A stretch of DNA of 64,000 nt from a virus, in the IMG/VR virus record IMGVR_UViG_3300019487_000017; one strand, written 5' to 3'. Shown piece by piece: positions 32,425-41,383 of the stretch. The position numbers were made by a program, and so were the translations under genes. Under the pieces are notes generated by a model. The model ran no database searches. It was not told where the DNA came from and saw only the letters and a program-made list of their open reading frames with translations. How positions within the stretch are numbered: the stretch's first letter is position 1; each line of letters starts with the position of its first letter.

Positions 32425-33231
32425 ATGAATTGAATACAAAATAAAGTTATTTTTTCCTCTAAAGGTCTACCATTATCTACAAGACAAATATGTATTTATG
32501 GCAAATTGTATTCGTCCAAATCCTTATAATAAACGCAGACTACCCTGTGCTTGGATCGACATTATTTTAGAAAGATATTCAACAGCTCCTAATCGTGGAG
32601 CCTGGCAAGATGCAAATTTAGCTTGGAAAGCATATAACGCAATAAAGAATTCTGCTAATAAAGATTTTGGAATATTTGATCCTACAGATGTACCTGAGCC
32701 TCCTGATTTTTCTCAATATCCTGATAATAATAAACCTAGAGAACCGGAAAGGGACTTGGAAGCCCCCTAATTTCTCCTGTCTTTTCTTTATTTTGCATAT
32801 TTAAAGTATGCAATGTAAACAGTTTTATATTGAATTGAAGAAAATTTTCAACGAACGGGATTTAGACTTTAATTGGTTTTTAAATCCAAAGTTACAGCAT
32901 GCGCACTTCTCAGATGTACAATTTGTCTATTCTTCTGGTGCAATATGCCCACCTTGGAAGCCTAATGCAAAGAATATTTATTTTGCAGACCCATTAAGCG
33001 GTCCATTTTACAATATGAAAATTGCTGGTTTATCTTTAGAAGAATTAAATTTGGCTGAAGGTTGGAATGGAGTTAGAGTTATTGTAATTCTGCCGAATAA
33101 TAAATTAGCAGCTTCTTCTATAATTCCAATTAGATCTCCTATTAATAAAATCAAGGAGAAGCTAGGTATACTAGTGAATAATAAGTGGTATATTATAAAA
33201 GAACAAGATAATATTGTAGATATAACGCCCC

Positions 33232-36192
33232 ATGAACCAAATATTTCGAACGGCAGGATATAGCTATGTTGAAGACGTACTAGATCAAATGCTAACCACA
33301 ATGACGTTGCTAGGTAGCTGTAAAATACCTCAATGTCAACAATGGTACGCCAAAGTAGAAACAGCATATCGTAACCTCAGAAAAGTAAAAGATTCCCCTC
33401 CTGAAGACCTCCAAAACAATTTCTACGGCAGTCAATTAAACAAAGCTTTAATTGATGCAACTAAAATATTAAATGACAAGATGATAACCGAGTTTTTAAG
33501 CAAAGCTCAACCTGGATGGTCGCAAAACATTAACGAAACAACAGGTACAAAGAAACTAAATTGGCTACAATGGGAATCAATGGGAAATGTAGCCGACAAA
33601 ATAATATATATACCTTCCCAATCTCCATCAGTTCCAGGACAAATAACTCTTAAAGGATTAAATTTAGGAACATCCAGAGCCGCAAACAGTGTCCGGTCTA
33701 CAATGGGCGAATGGATGCAAGAACAATCAACCCCTATTGATAAATGGCAATCTCAAAATGATGTGATTATAAGAGGAACAAAAGAGGCTTGGGAAAAATT
33801 TGTAGATGCAGCAAAATATATTTTAGGAAATACATCTTTATTAGAATCCAAAAGGTTTCGTCCTGCGTTACCATCAGAATCTGCTTTAAATCCATCTTAT
33901 CAAAAACCAGAAGAAGATAAAGCACCAAGATTCCTAGAAGCCTATTTATTAAATTATCCTGAAGATCCAAACTCTCTGAATAGTTGGGATGTTGGACCTA
34001 AAAAACAAGAACAGAAAAAACAACAAGGCATCCGTTTGCAATTCGCACTTAATGATCCTATGTTCTATAATATCAGGAATTTGGTGCAAGAAGCGGGTTT
34101 CAGTAATATAAGAACAAGTTTTAATGATGCATTCATAGATATTTTTGAACCCAATGCTACTAAATGGAATGCCGTCTGGAAAAAACTACAATATTGGCGA
34201 TATGATATTAAAAAACTTAATCGTCTAATTGAACAATTTACAGGGAAAAGCGTTGGTGCTGTTGCAAAAGAAAAAGCAAAAGTCCAAAAAGCAGAGGGAT
34301 TAAAACCAGGTGCAATTGCCAATGCAATACAAGCAAATCTAAATATAAATGAAAATAATAAGTTACAAGCTTCGATAGCACAACGTTTTGGAAGTGGCAC
34401 TACAATGTCAGAAGATGAATTAAATATATCTTTAGAACATTATTATCCAAATGCTTTTGGAGAAAATATTCCAGACAGTCAAAAAGCAGCACAAAAACAG
34501 GGAATATTTTTTGCAGCTTCCAGAAATGTTTCAGTTCTTGCGGACGCACCTGGTTCAGGCAAAACAATGCAGGCTATCGTAGCTGCAGATCTTGTCAGAG
34601 AGAATAATCAAAAAGTTCTTGTTATTACGCCAAATATTCTCATTCGCGAAAATTGGATGGGTCCACAAGCAAAAGGACCAATGTTTTTCGCAAAACATAA
34701 TCCAACCCGTGTTGCTCGGGTAAATAACGTTTCTGATTTACAGCAGGCTGTAGAAAATCCAGAAGTTAGCTGGATAGTAGTTCCGTTTAGTGCATTTAGA
34801 ACCAAATCCGCAAATGAATTGGCTGTCGCTATCGGTAATTATTCAGATAAAAACATATTCAGTTCTCTTATTATAGATGAAATACAAACTATTAGACAAC
34901 AAAAGAGTAATACATACAGCGCTATACAACGTGCTATCTCATCAAATGGAGTTAGATCAGATGGTACACCTTATGGTATAAAACATCGCATTGGTGTCAG
35001 CGGGACTCCTGCAGATAATGAACCTAGTGACGTTTATACACAGCTTCATTTATTAAGACATCCCCTTTTATATGGTAATAAAGGGGTAAGAACTACTGGC
35101 GAAATAGATTGGGTCTTACGTCTTAATCAAGAAGGTTTTTCTAAACAATTCCTTGGCGGAGGAATGTTAAAACCTATTACTCTTACAGCAGAACAAAGAA
35201 ACTTACCACCACAAGAACAAGAATTATATGTTTCTAGAAATACTGGTTTTCAAGTCAGATCTTTATTAGAATGGGCAAAAAGGCTAACAACAGAACAAAA
35301 ATTACAAATATTAGATTTATTCTCTTCTACTTATTTACGTAGAGACAAAAAAGATATACGTCCAGATATACCTGAAAAGAAAGTGGTAGAAAACGCGCTA
35401 CCTGCTCCCGAAGGAATGGACCACTCAACTCGTATGCACAATTGGCATCAAGAGAAATTGATGCAAATGGCATTTGCAAAAATTCCCTATACTGTAGGAA
35501 AGGCTCTTCAATATCTTCAAGATCCAAAACAAAAGATTTTTATTGTTACTAAACATCCTGAAGTTGCAAAACAAATTGTCAATGAAATAAATGCAAAAAC
35601 AGGTGAAGGAACAGCTGCAGCAGTAACAGGCGAAACTGGCGAAGATGAAAGAGGTTTGGTCCCAACTGTATTTAGACAACAAGCAGGAATTTTGCCAGGA
35701 AAACAGGCACCTCTAAAAGTTGTAGTTTATACAATGCAATTAGGTGCTGTAGGATTAAATTTTGCAAATGCAACAAAAGCAATATTTAATGATTTAGATT
35801 GGAATCCATCAGATAATTTACAAGCAGAATACAGAGTACACCGTATCGATTCTCAAGAACCTGTACAAATTGATTATATGTTTTTTGAAGGAACATATGA
35901 TGAAGAAATGTATCGCCGAGTTATACGAAAACAAAAAGTAAATGATGGCGTTACTGAAGTAATGAGAGAAGCTGGCTTCTCTTCAGACCCTCAACAACGT
36001 TTAATGTTAGCAAATCAATTTATCGTGTATTTAGTAGACAGTTTATTGTTTGAACTAGACTTAAATGATACTCAGAAACAAGAAATTCAGGCGGCAAAAC
36101 ATCAAATTTTATCCACTGCACAACCAGTTAACCAAACTGAACGGGCAGTTGCCGCTAAAAACTGGTTCCAAAGGTCATTTGTGAAAAATTAA
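33232..36192 (+). CDS. SNF2-family helicase/translocase with a long N-terminal domain
   Basis: ADAPGSGKT, LIIDEIQ, SGTP, YLRR, GLNF, WNPSDNLQAEYRVHRI. Confidence 0.88.
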   Translation: MNQIFRTAGYSYVEDVLDQMLTTMTLLGSCKIPQCQQWYAKVETAYRNLRKVKDSPPEDLQNNFYGSQLNKALIDATKILNDKMITEFLSKAQPGWSQNINETTGTKKLNWLQWESMGNVADKIIYIPSQSPSVPGQITLKGLNLGTSRAANSVRSTMGEWMQEQSTPIDKWQSQNDVIIRGTKEAWEKFVDAAKYILGNTSLLESKRFRPALPSESALNPSYQKPEEDKAPRFLEAYLLNYPEDPNSLNSWDVGPKKQEQKKQQGIRLQFALNDPMFYNIRNLVQEAGFSNIRTSFNDAFIDIFEPNATKWNAVWKKLQYWRYDIKKLNRLIEQFTGKSVGAVAKEKAKVQKAEGLKPGAIANAIQANLNINENNKLQASIAQRFGSGTTMSEDELNISLEHYYPNAFGENIPDSQKAAQKQGIFFAASRNVSVLADAPGSGKTMQAIVAADLVRENNQKVLVITPNILIRENWMGPQAKGPMFFAKHNPTRVARVNNVSDLQQAVENPEVSWIVVPFSAFRTKSANELAVAIGNYSDKNIFSSLIIDEIQTIRQQKSNTYSAIQRAISSNGVRSDGTPYGIKHRIGVSGTPADNEPSDVYTQLHLLRHPLLYGNKGVRTTGEIDWVLRLNQEGFSKQFLGGGMLKPITLTAEQRNLPPQEQELYVSRNTGFQVRSLLEWAKRLTTEQKLQILDLFSSTYLRRDKKDIRPDIPEKKVVENALPAPEGMDHSTRMHNWHQEKLMQMAFAKIPYTVGKALQYLQDPKQKIFIVTKHPEVAKQIVNEINAKTGEGTAAAVTGETGEDERGLVPTVFRQQAGILPGKQAPLKVVVYTMQLGAVGLNFANATKAIFNDLDWNPSDNLQAEYRVHRIDSQEPVQIDYMFFEGTYDEEMYRRVIRKQKVNDGVTEVMREAGFSSDPQQRLMLANQFIVYLVDSLLFELDLNDTQKQEIQAAKHQILSTAQPVNQTERAVAAKNWFQRSFVKN

Positions 36193-36298
36193 GGCTATCT
36201 CCAGAAATATAATCCAACCTTTTAAAGAAAAAGTAAGAATTTTAAAAATTAAAGAAGGAATGTGAAAAAGTACGACAGTAACATAGTTCTTACATGAT

Positions 36299-36372
36299 CG
36301 CAGGGTAGAGCAGTCTGGTAGCTCGCCGGGCCCATAACCCGTAGGTCGAAGGTTCGAATCCTTCCCCTGCTA
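36299..36372 (+). tRNA. tRNA-fMet (CAT), initiator type
   Basis: C1:U72 mismatch, three G-C pairs in the anticodon stem, loop CCCATAA (C33), TTCGAAT T loop. Confidence 0.92.
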
Positions 36373-36378
36373 CTTTAT

Positions 36379-36431
36379 GAGGGATGATTTTTGTGCATAT
36401 AGCGCGCAAAAGCAAGAATCATCCCTCACCA
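36379..36431 (+). ncRNA. Hairpin RNA with 3' ACCA overhang (minihelix-like) 1
   Basis: GAGGGATGATT...AATCATCCCTC-ACCA. Confidence 0.5.
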
Positions 36432-36439
36432 AAATTTAT

Positions 36440-36498
36440 GGGGCATAACTGAATGTAACAGGCTAACCCCTGATTAGTTATTTGGTTATGCCCCACCA
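36440..36498 (+). ncRNA. Hairpin RNA with 3' ACCA overhang (minihelix-like) 2
   Basis: GGGGCATAAC...GTTATGCCCC-ACCA. Confidence 0.5.
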
Positions 36499-36503
36499 AA
36501 CGT

Positions 36504-36793
36504 TTTCTCCAGAGCCTAGTGTTAGGCTCATAGAGGTATTAAGATTTATGCAACATCAACCCGAACAACCTGGTGAACCGGCTCGCCCGGAACCTCACGA
36601 TAGTGAGGGCGATGTCTGCCATGTGCGGACAAATCGCTCTCCACAGCGTAATGCTGTACAATTTAGGTTGTTTGATTTGATGCAGAATTTGTTAGTTCTT
36701 TGGCAATTGAATAGTCGGTTTGTGGTAGGCGGTCATCCGTTACACCGTCTATCTACGTAATTTGCCAAAGATGTAAATTTGAAGTTGGAGAAG
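36504..36793 (+). ncRNA. ~290-nt GC-rich multibranched RNA of unknown family
   Basis: Closing TTCTCCA/TGGAGAA; hairpins GAGCCTA/TAGGCTC, CCTCAC/GTGAGG, GTCTGC/GCGGAC, ACAGC/GCTGT, TCTTTGGCAA/TTGCCAAAGA; strand inferred from the tRNA cluster. Confidence 0.6.
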
Positions 36794-36829
36794 CAACCTT
36801 GGCAATATTTGTCAAGGTTGCTTTATTTT

Positions 36830-36901
36830 GCGGTATTAGTGCTAACGTTCAACACGCCACATTGCCATTGTGGAAATCCGGTTCAAGTCCGGTATACCGC
36901 A
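36830..36901 (+). tRNA. tRNA-Gly (GCC), A73 variant
   Basis: GCGGTAT/ATACCGC-A; CCACA-TTGCCAT-TGTGG; TTCAAGT. Confidence 0.8.
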
Positions 36902-36965
36902 TTGTTCATCTCTTTTGTCTATTCATACTGAATAAACATTCTGTTTGATGAATAGACAAATTTTC

Positions 36966-37037
36966 GTCCTTGTGGTGAAACGGATATCACAGAAGCTTGC
37001 GAAGTTTCGATTCCAGGTTCGAATCCTGGCAGGGACA
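36966..37037 (+). tRNA. tRNA-Arg (GCG)
   Basis: GTCCTTG/CAGGGAC; GAAGC-TTGCGAA-GTTTC; CCAGG-TTCGAAT-CCTGG. Confidence 0.88.
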
Positions 37038-37044
37038 TTTTTAT

Positions 37045-37120
37045 TGAGGCGGATTCAGTGTTGGATACTGATGTGAGTCTTTGAAGCTCATTTTCACTGG
37101 TTCGATTCCAGTCGCCTCAG
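37045..37120 (+). tRNA. tRNA-Gln (TTG), atypical D region
   Basis: TGAGGCG/CGCCTCA-G; TGAGT-CTTTGAA-GCTCA; ACTGG-TTCGATT-CCAGT. Confidence 0.8.
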
Positions 37121-37270
37121 CTTTTTGCAAACCCTAAGAGGCGTACAGAGTTTTGCCCATCGTTTCGTTGCCTGTCGAAGGCATACCGATAAGTGTACAT
37201 TAAATCGGCGAAATGGAACGTATAGTAAAAGTGGCTTTTTACAAAAATGGGTTTACTGCAGAATTATGTT

Positions 37271-37391
37271 TTAGAATTATCCTGAGCGCACGTTTAATTA
37301 TTCTGAGAATAAACAAATAATTAAATGCTGCCACAGGTAAGGATAAACTCAGATCCGATACGATGTGGTACGCGACTTCGTATAATTCTAA
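37271..37391 (+). ncRNA. Structured pseudoknotted RNA, copy B (paralog of 24145-24280)
   Basis: TTAGAATTAT/ATAATTCTAA closing stem, CCTG/CAGG, 12-bp inner stem with CTGAG loop, linker CTCAGATCCGAT, hairpin containing GTACGCGA. Confidence 0.6.
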
Positions 37392-37395
37392 CTAA

Positions 37396-37466
37396 CGGGG
37401 ATTGGTATAGTGGAAGCACTTACGGTTTGGGACCGTATGGCGTCAGTTCGATTCTGACATCCCCGA
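37396..37466 (+). tRNA. tRNA-Pro (TGG)
   Basis: CGGGGAT/ATCCCCG-A; TACGG-TTTGGGA-CCGTA; GTCAG-TTCGATT-CTGAC. Confidence 0.82.
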
Positions 37467-37473
37467 CTTATAT

Positions 37474-37549
37474 GGTGAATGTAGCTCAGCCTGGTTAGAG
37501 TACTAGTTTGTGACACTAGGGGTCGCGAGTTCAAATCTCGTCATTCACC
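37474..37549 (+). tRNA. tRNA-His (GTG) with encoded G-1
   Basis: G-GTGAATG/CATTCAC-C; CTAGT-TTGTGAC-ACTAG. Confidence 0.92.
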
Positions 37550-37569
37550 CTTGCTCAGAGGTACAAAAG

Positions 37570-37965
37570 ATGAACCTGTTGGAATTACATAAAAAACGTA
37601 AAGAAGAAAGAATGATAGAACTATCCGATTTGTATGCTCGCATTGATGATAAAAATAAAAATGGATGCGGCTGTGGAAAAGGTTGGTATAATTTACTCAA
37701 AGAACTTGATGTAAAATTATCACAAATTGATCCAACTTATACAGTATATCAATTCAAAGAGAAATTCGGCATACTACGGTTTTATGCAGAATGTCATTCT
37801 GATAATGATAACGATAAACAAAAATTCAAAGATGTAGTTAATGAAGCACAACAAGCTTCAAGTAAAATTTGCGAGAACTGCGGAAAACCTGGTACATCAA
37901 ATAACAGTAGACTTTGGGTTAAAACTTTGTGCGTTGATTGCAATAATCAACCGATATTGATATAG
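37570..37965 (+). CDS. Phage-type hypothetical protein with CxxC motifs
   Basis: ATG at 37570 after GAGG; GCGKGWY, QFKEKFGILRFY, CENCG, TLCVDC. Confidence 0.7.
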   Translation: MNLLELHKKRKEERMIELSDLYARIDDKNKNGCGCGKGWYNLLKELDVKLSQIDPTYTVYQFKEKFGILRFYAECHSDNDNDKQKFKDVVNEAQQASSKICENCGKPGTSNNSRLWVKTLCVDCNNQPILI

Positions 37966-38030
37966 AAACAGATTTACAGATTCTTCTAAAAAAGAAAGAT
38001 TGGTTCATCTTATTTAGAAGAATCTATTTT

Positions 38031-38102
38031 GCCCCGTTGGTGAAACGGATATCATGGGACGCTTCGAACGTCTTGTTCTGGGTTCAAATCCTGGACGGGG
38101 TA
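38031..38102 (+). tRNA. tRNA-Arg (TCG)
   Basis: GCCCCGT/ACGGGGT; GGACG-CTTCGAA-CGTCT. Confidence 0.88.
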
Positions 38103-38108
38103 CTTAAT

Positions 38109-38179
38109 AGTCTTGTCGGCTAACGGTAGGCCATCACTCTCTGAAAGTGATTGTCTTGGTTCGAATCCAAGCGAGACTG
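38109..38179 (+). tRNA. tRNA-Gln (CTG)
   Basis: AGTCTTG/CGAGACT-G; TCACT-CTCTGAA-AGTGA; CTTGG-TTCGAAT-CCAAG. Confidence 0.85.
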
Positions 38180-38548
38180 CTTAATATTGAGGATGATATT
38201 ATGAAGCATTTATATAGTAACTACGAAAATGAAATGGTAGATGCTGACACGTTAGAAGAAGCGGCAAGATATCATGATTGCGAATTAGGTGGCGCTGATT
38301 ATCCTGAAGATGGGTGGTCACAAATAGCAGATAAAGCAATTATCCCTATTGTTGATGAAGAAACTGGATTAACTGAAAAGAAAACTGCTCGCGAATGGGC
38401 AGATGAATATGATACAGTAACGCAAGTTGCGACAACATATTATTAATAATCTTACTCAGATGCACACTAACACCGTCTAGGGCGTCTGATTTAGGGTAAA
38501 TCATCAAGAAATGCCATGAGTCAGTTAGATTGTCCCTCTGAGTAATTT

Positions 38549-38622
38549 GCTCCCTTCGTCCACGTTGGTTAGGATATCTCGTTTTCAGCGAGAGGAAGTC
38601 GGATCGTCGCCGACAGGGAGTA
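38549..38622 (+). tRNA. tRNA-Glu (TTC), non-canonical T loop
   Basis: GCTCCCT/AGGGAGT; TCTCG-TTTTCAG-CGAGA; T loop ATCGTCG. Confidence 0.8.
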
Positions 38623-38629
38623 CTGACCT

Positions 38630-39030
38630 TTCAAATTAAAAATATATTGAAGCGATTTTTGTATTCATCGTTCTAACAATGATGGATTAAACGATTTTTG
38701 CCGCGAATGTAATAAAGAATATCATCGTCAACATTACAAGAAAAATAGATTACAATATCTTGAAAAGGAAAGAAAACATCGTAAAGAGTTAAAGATATGG
38801 TTTCAAGAATACAAGGCTACATTAAAATGTATTCAATGTGGAGAAAACCATCCAGCCTGTTTAGATTTTCATCATTCTGATACAAAGACAAAAGATGGGA
38901 GCATATCGGTATTGATACATAAATGTTGGTCCAAAAACGAATACTAGACGAAATATCTAAATGTCAAATTTTATGTTGTAAATGTCATAGGATATTTCAT
39001 TGGACAAAAAATAAAGAAAATGAAATTTAA
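38630..39030 (+). pseudogene. Frameshifted, 5'-truncated HNH endonuclease
   Basis: DFCRECNKEY...CIQCGENHPACLDFHH...CWSK, frameshift in AAAAA near 38933, then RILDEISKCQILCCKCHRIFH; no start codon seen. Confidence 0.75.
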
Positions 39031-39033
39031 AAT

Positions 39034-39058
39034 CGGAGTTCAATTCTCCGCGAGAGCA
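39034..39058 (+). other. Orphan tRNA 3' half (T arm plus acceptor 3' strand)
   Basis: CGGAG-TTCAATT-CTCCG-CGAGAGC-A directly after the HNH remnant. Confidence 0.65.
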
Positions 39059-39444
39059 TAGAACAACCTTTCTCCTGTAATTGTTTTATCAATCTTAGGA
39101 GTATGTATGATAAGCGAAAATACACCTGGATGGGATTATTTTACACCAGATAACTTTAAAACGTTCAAGACAAAGAACTGTCTTGCATGTGGATGTAAGT
39201 TGAAGTTGGTAAAGAAAAATAATCATGGAGCAACTGGATTTGCTGAAGCAATGGCTAAAAGAGGACATAAACACGACGTTGTTTCTTGTCCAAATGCTGG
39301 AAAAGATTGGCATAGCCAATTAATAGGTATTAAAAAAGTAATTATTAATACACCCAGTAAAGTGCTTGCTAACATGCTAGAAAAAGAAGCCAAAGAGTTA
39401 ATACGAACGAAAAAAGCAACCAAAAAAGACTTTGATCATTGGAT

Positions 39445-39900
39445 ATGAAAATATTATTTTTAGATGTTGATGGAGTACTCAATAACTGGCCTGCCCTAAA
39501 ACGAAACGGCATGACGGCAATAGATGCTCAGTGTTTACAACAGTTAACACATGTAGTAAAAAATACTGGATGTAAAATAGTGTTGTCTTCTTCATGGAGA
39601 ACATGCGATAACTTAAAACGTACTATATTGGAGCATTTTGATAAAGTCGGAATTGATAAATGGATTGGCGAGACTCCTGATTTGTTTGCTCGCGTAAGAT
39701 TCAATATTCCACGGGCAAAAGAAATCCAGACATGGTTAGAAAATAGAACAGATGTAAAAAGATTCGCCATTGTAGATGACGATGCAGATGCAGGAAAAGG
39801 ATTAGAAGATCATTATTTTGAAACTTCAATGGATTTGGGTTTGACAAAAAAAATTGCTAATCAGATAATAAAATATCTAAATGAGGAAGAGACAGTATAG
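39445..39900 (+). CDS. HAD phosphatase (RNA-repair-associated type)
   Basis: ILFLDVDGVLN, VLSSSWR, RAKEIQTWL, AIVDDD. Confidence 0.8.
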   Translation: MKILFLDVDGVLNNWPALKRNGMTAIDAQCLQQLTHVVKNTGCKIVLSSSWRTCDNLKRTILEHFDKVGIDKWIGETPDLFARVRFNIPRAKEIQTWLENRTDVKRFAIVDDDADAGKGLEDHYFETSMDLGLTKKIANQIIKYLNEEETV

Positions 39901-40192
39901 CGGGATGTGTGTATACGAGTCGGTGTAAAACCGAGCATCCCGATTTAAATAGGAAAAGCATGGGTGTTCATTCCACGATGTGTATAACTAGAGAAGATGC
40001 GATTAAGGAAATCATCAATCGCTTGGACACAGCATCAGATGAAGAAATCGCAGAAGCTTTATTTGGCATTGCTGGAAATAAATTGCTTTTTAATTTTTGG
40101 ATTGTTCAGAGTTATGAGAACGAAGATATGTATCCACATTCATACACGAAAGGTGGACTGTAGAAAAATCTTTGGAATCTAGATTGTAATAA

Positions 40193-40266
40193 CAGGGTGT
40201 AGCACAGCTTGGTAGTGCGCCTGGTTTGGGACCAGGAAGTCGTAGGTTCAAATCCTATCACCCTGA
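40193..40266 (+). tRNA. tRNA-Pro (TGG), second copy
   Basis: CAGGGTG/CACCCTG-A; CCTGG-TTTGGGA-CCAGG. Confidence 0.93.
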
Positions 40267-40727
40267 CTGAAAGGTTAAAGAAGGTGGATGTTTGCATGGT
40301 GCAAATTAAAGATGAAACCGCCTAAAAAATGTTATGTCACACTGTATTCGTGCAATTGTCGTAAAAAAGACTGATGTTATTGAGAATTTAAATTTTCAGT
40401 CTCTTCCGCAGGGATTTGCTCTTTTACTTGATTCCGTTGAAAATAGGAATGCTTTAAAAGACCAAGATTTTGCGGTTATTTGGACAGATTATTTTGGAGG
40501 TGCTGGAGAACAAGGTTGTACATTATTTCAAGCATTTAAACCAGATCATGTTTGCGATAAATGTGGAACAACTTTACATTCAAAAGCAAAAGATCTAAAA
40601 ACTATTAACGATGGATTAAAGATATTAGGAGTCATTAGGAATGATTCTGATGAATTTGATGCTATTAATTTAGGTCATTTTCGAGATAATAACGATATTT
40701 ATGATGAATGTTGTTATTAAAAATAGA

Positions 40728-40801
40728 GCTCCCTTAGCTCAATCGGCTAGAGTATCAGCATGACACGCTGGGGGTTACAGGTTCGAGTCCTGTAGGGAGC
40801 A
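40728..40801 (+). tRNA. tRNA-Val (GAC)
   Basis: GCTCCCT/AGGGAGC-A; TCAGC-ATGACAC-GCTGG; TTCGAGT. Confidence 0.88.
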
Positions 40802-41383
40802 TGGATGGTAAAAAATGTTTAATGTACCTTGCAAACTATGTAACGAGTTGATTACAGAAGAATCTCAACAAGAGGTTGCTAAAAATAGTAGTATTATAAC
40901 AGTTGCACAAATGTTAGATAATAAGCGTTTTACTTACGGAATATCTGGTGAGTATTCGTTTATAACAGAAGATCTACCTTTACAAAAAGGTGATTCAGTT
41001 TGTGCAAAATGCATGAAGAAGCATAAATTTGAACCATTTAAAGGGCTTGAATGTTCTTTATGTAAAGAAAAATATAAAGTTATATTTGAAAAATCAGGTG
41101 ATTTTTGTAGTGGTCATATAAGAAAAGAAGGCGAAGTATTTGAAATATCTTGTGGATATGGTTCTCGATACGATACTTCTGTATTTTCAGCCCCTGTTAA
41201 CGTTAAAGAAGGGGATATTATTTGTGATTTTTGCATTGCGAGAATGGTGGAAACAAAAGAAATAGAACTTAAATCTTGTTATTTGGAAGAATTATTTGTA
41301 GAACATCAAAAACTATACGGAGATAGAGCACGATTTATGGTTACTTTACGTTATGACGATCCAATGAAGTTGAATGAAGAATA

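Noticed and set aside
36482-36760. 92-aa ORF from the track
   Set aside because: Overlaps ACCA hairpin 2 and a densely base-paired GC-rich region with atypical composition; better explained as ncRNA
36504-36793. tmRNA, SRP or RNase P identity for the 290-nt RNA
   Set aside because: No GGGG...TTCGA..CCACCA ends with a tag frame, no SRP domain IV motif, no CR-I/CR-V
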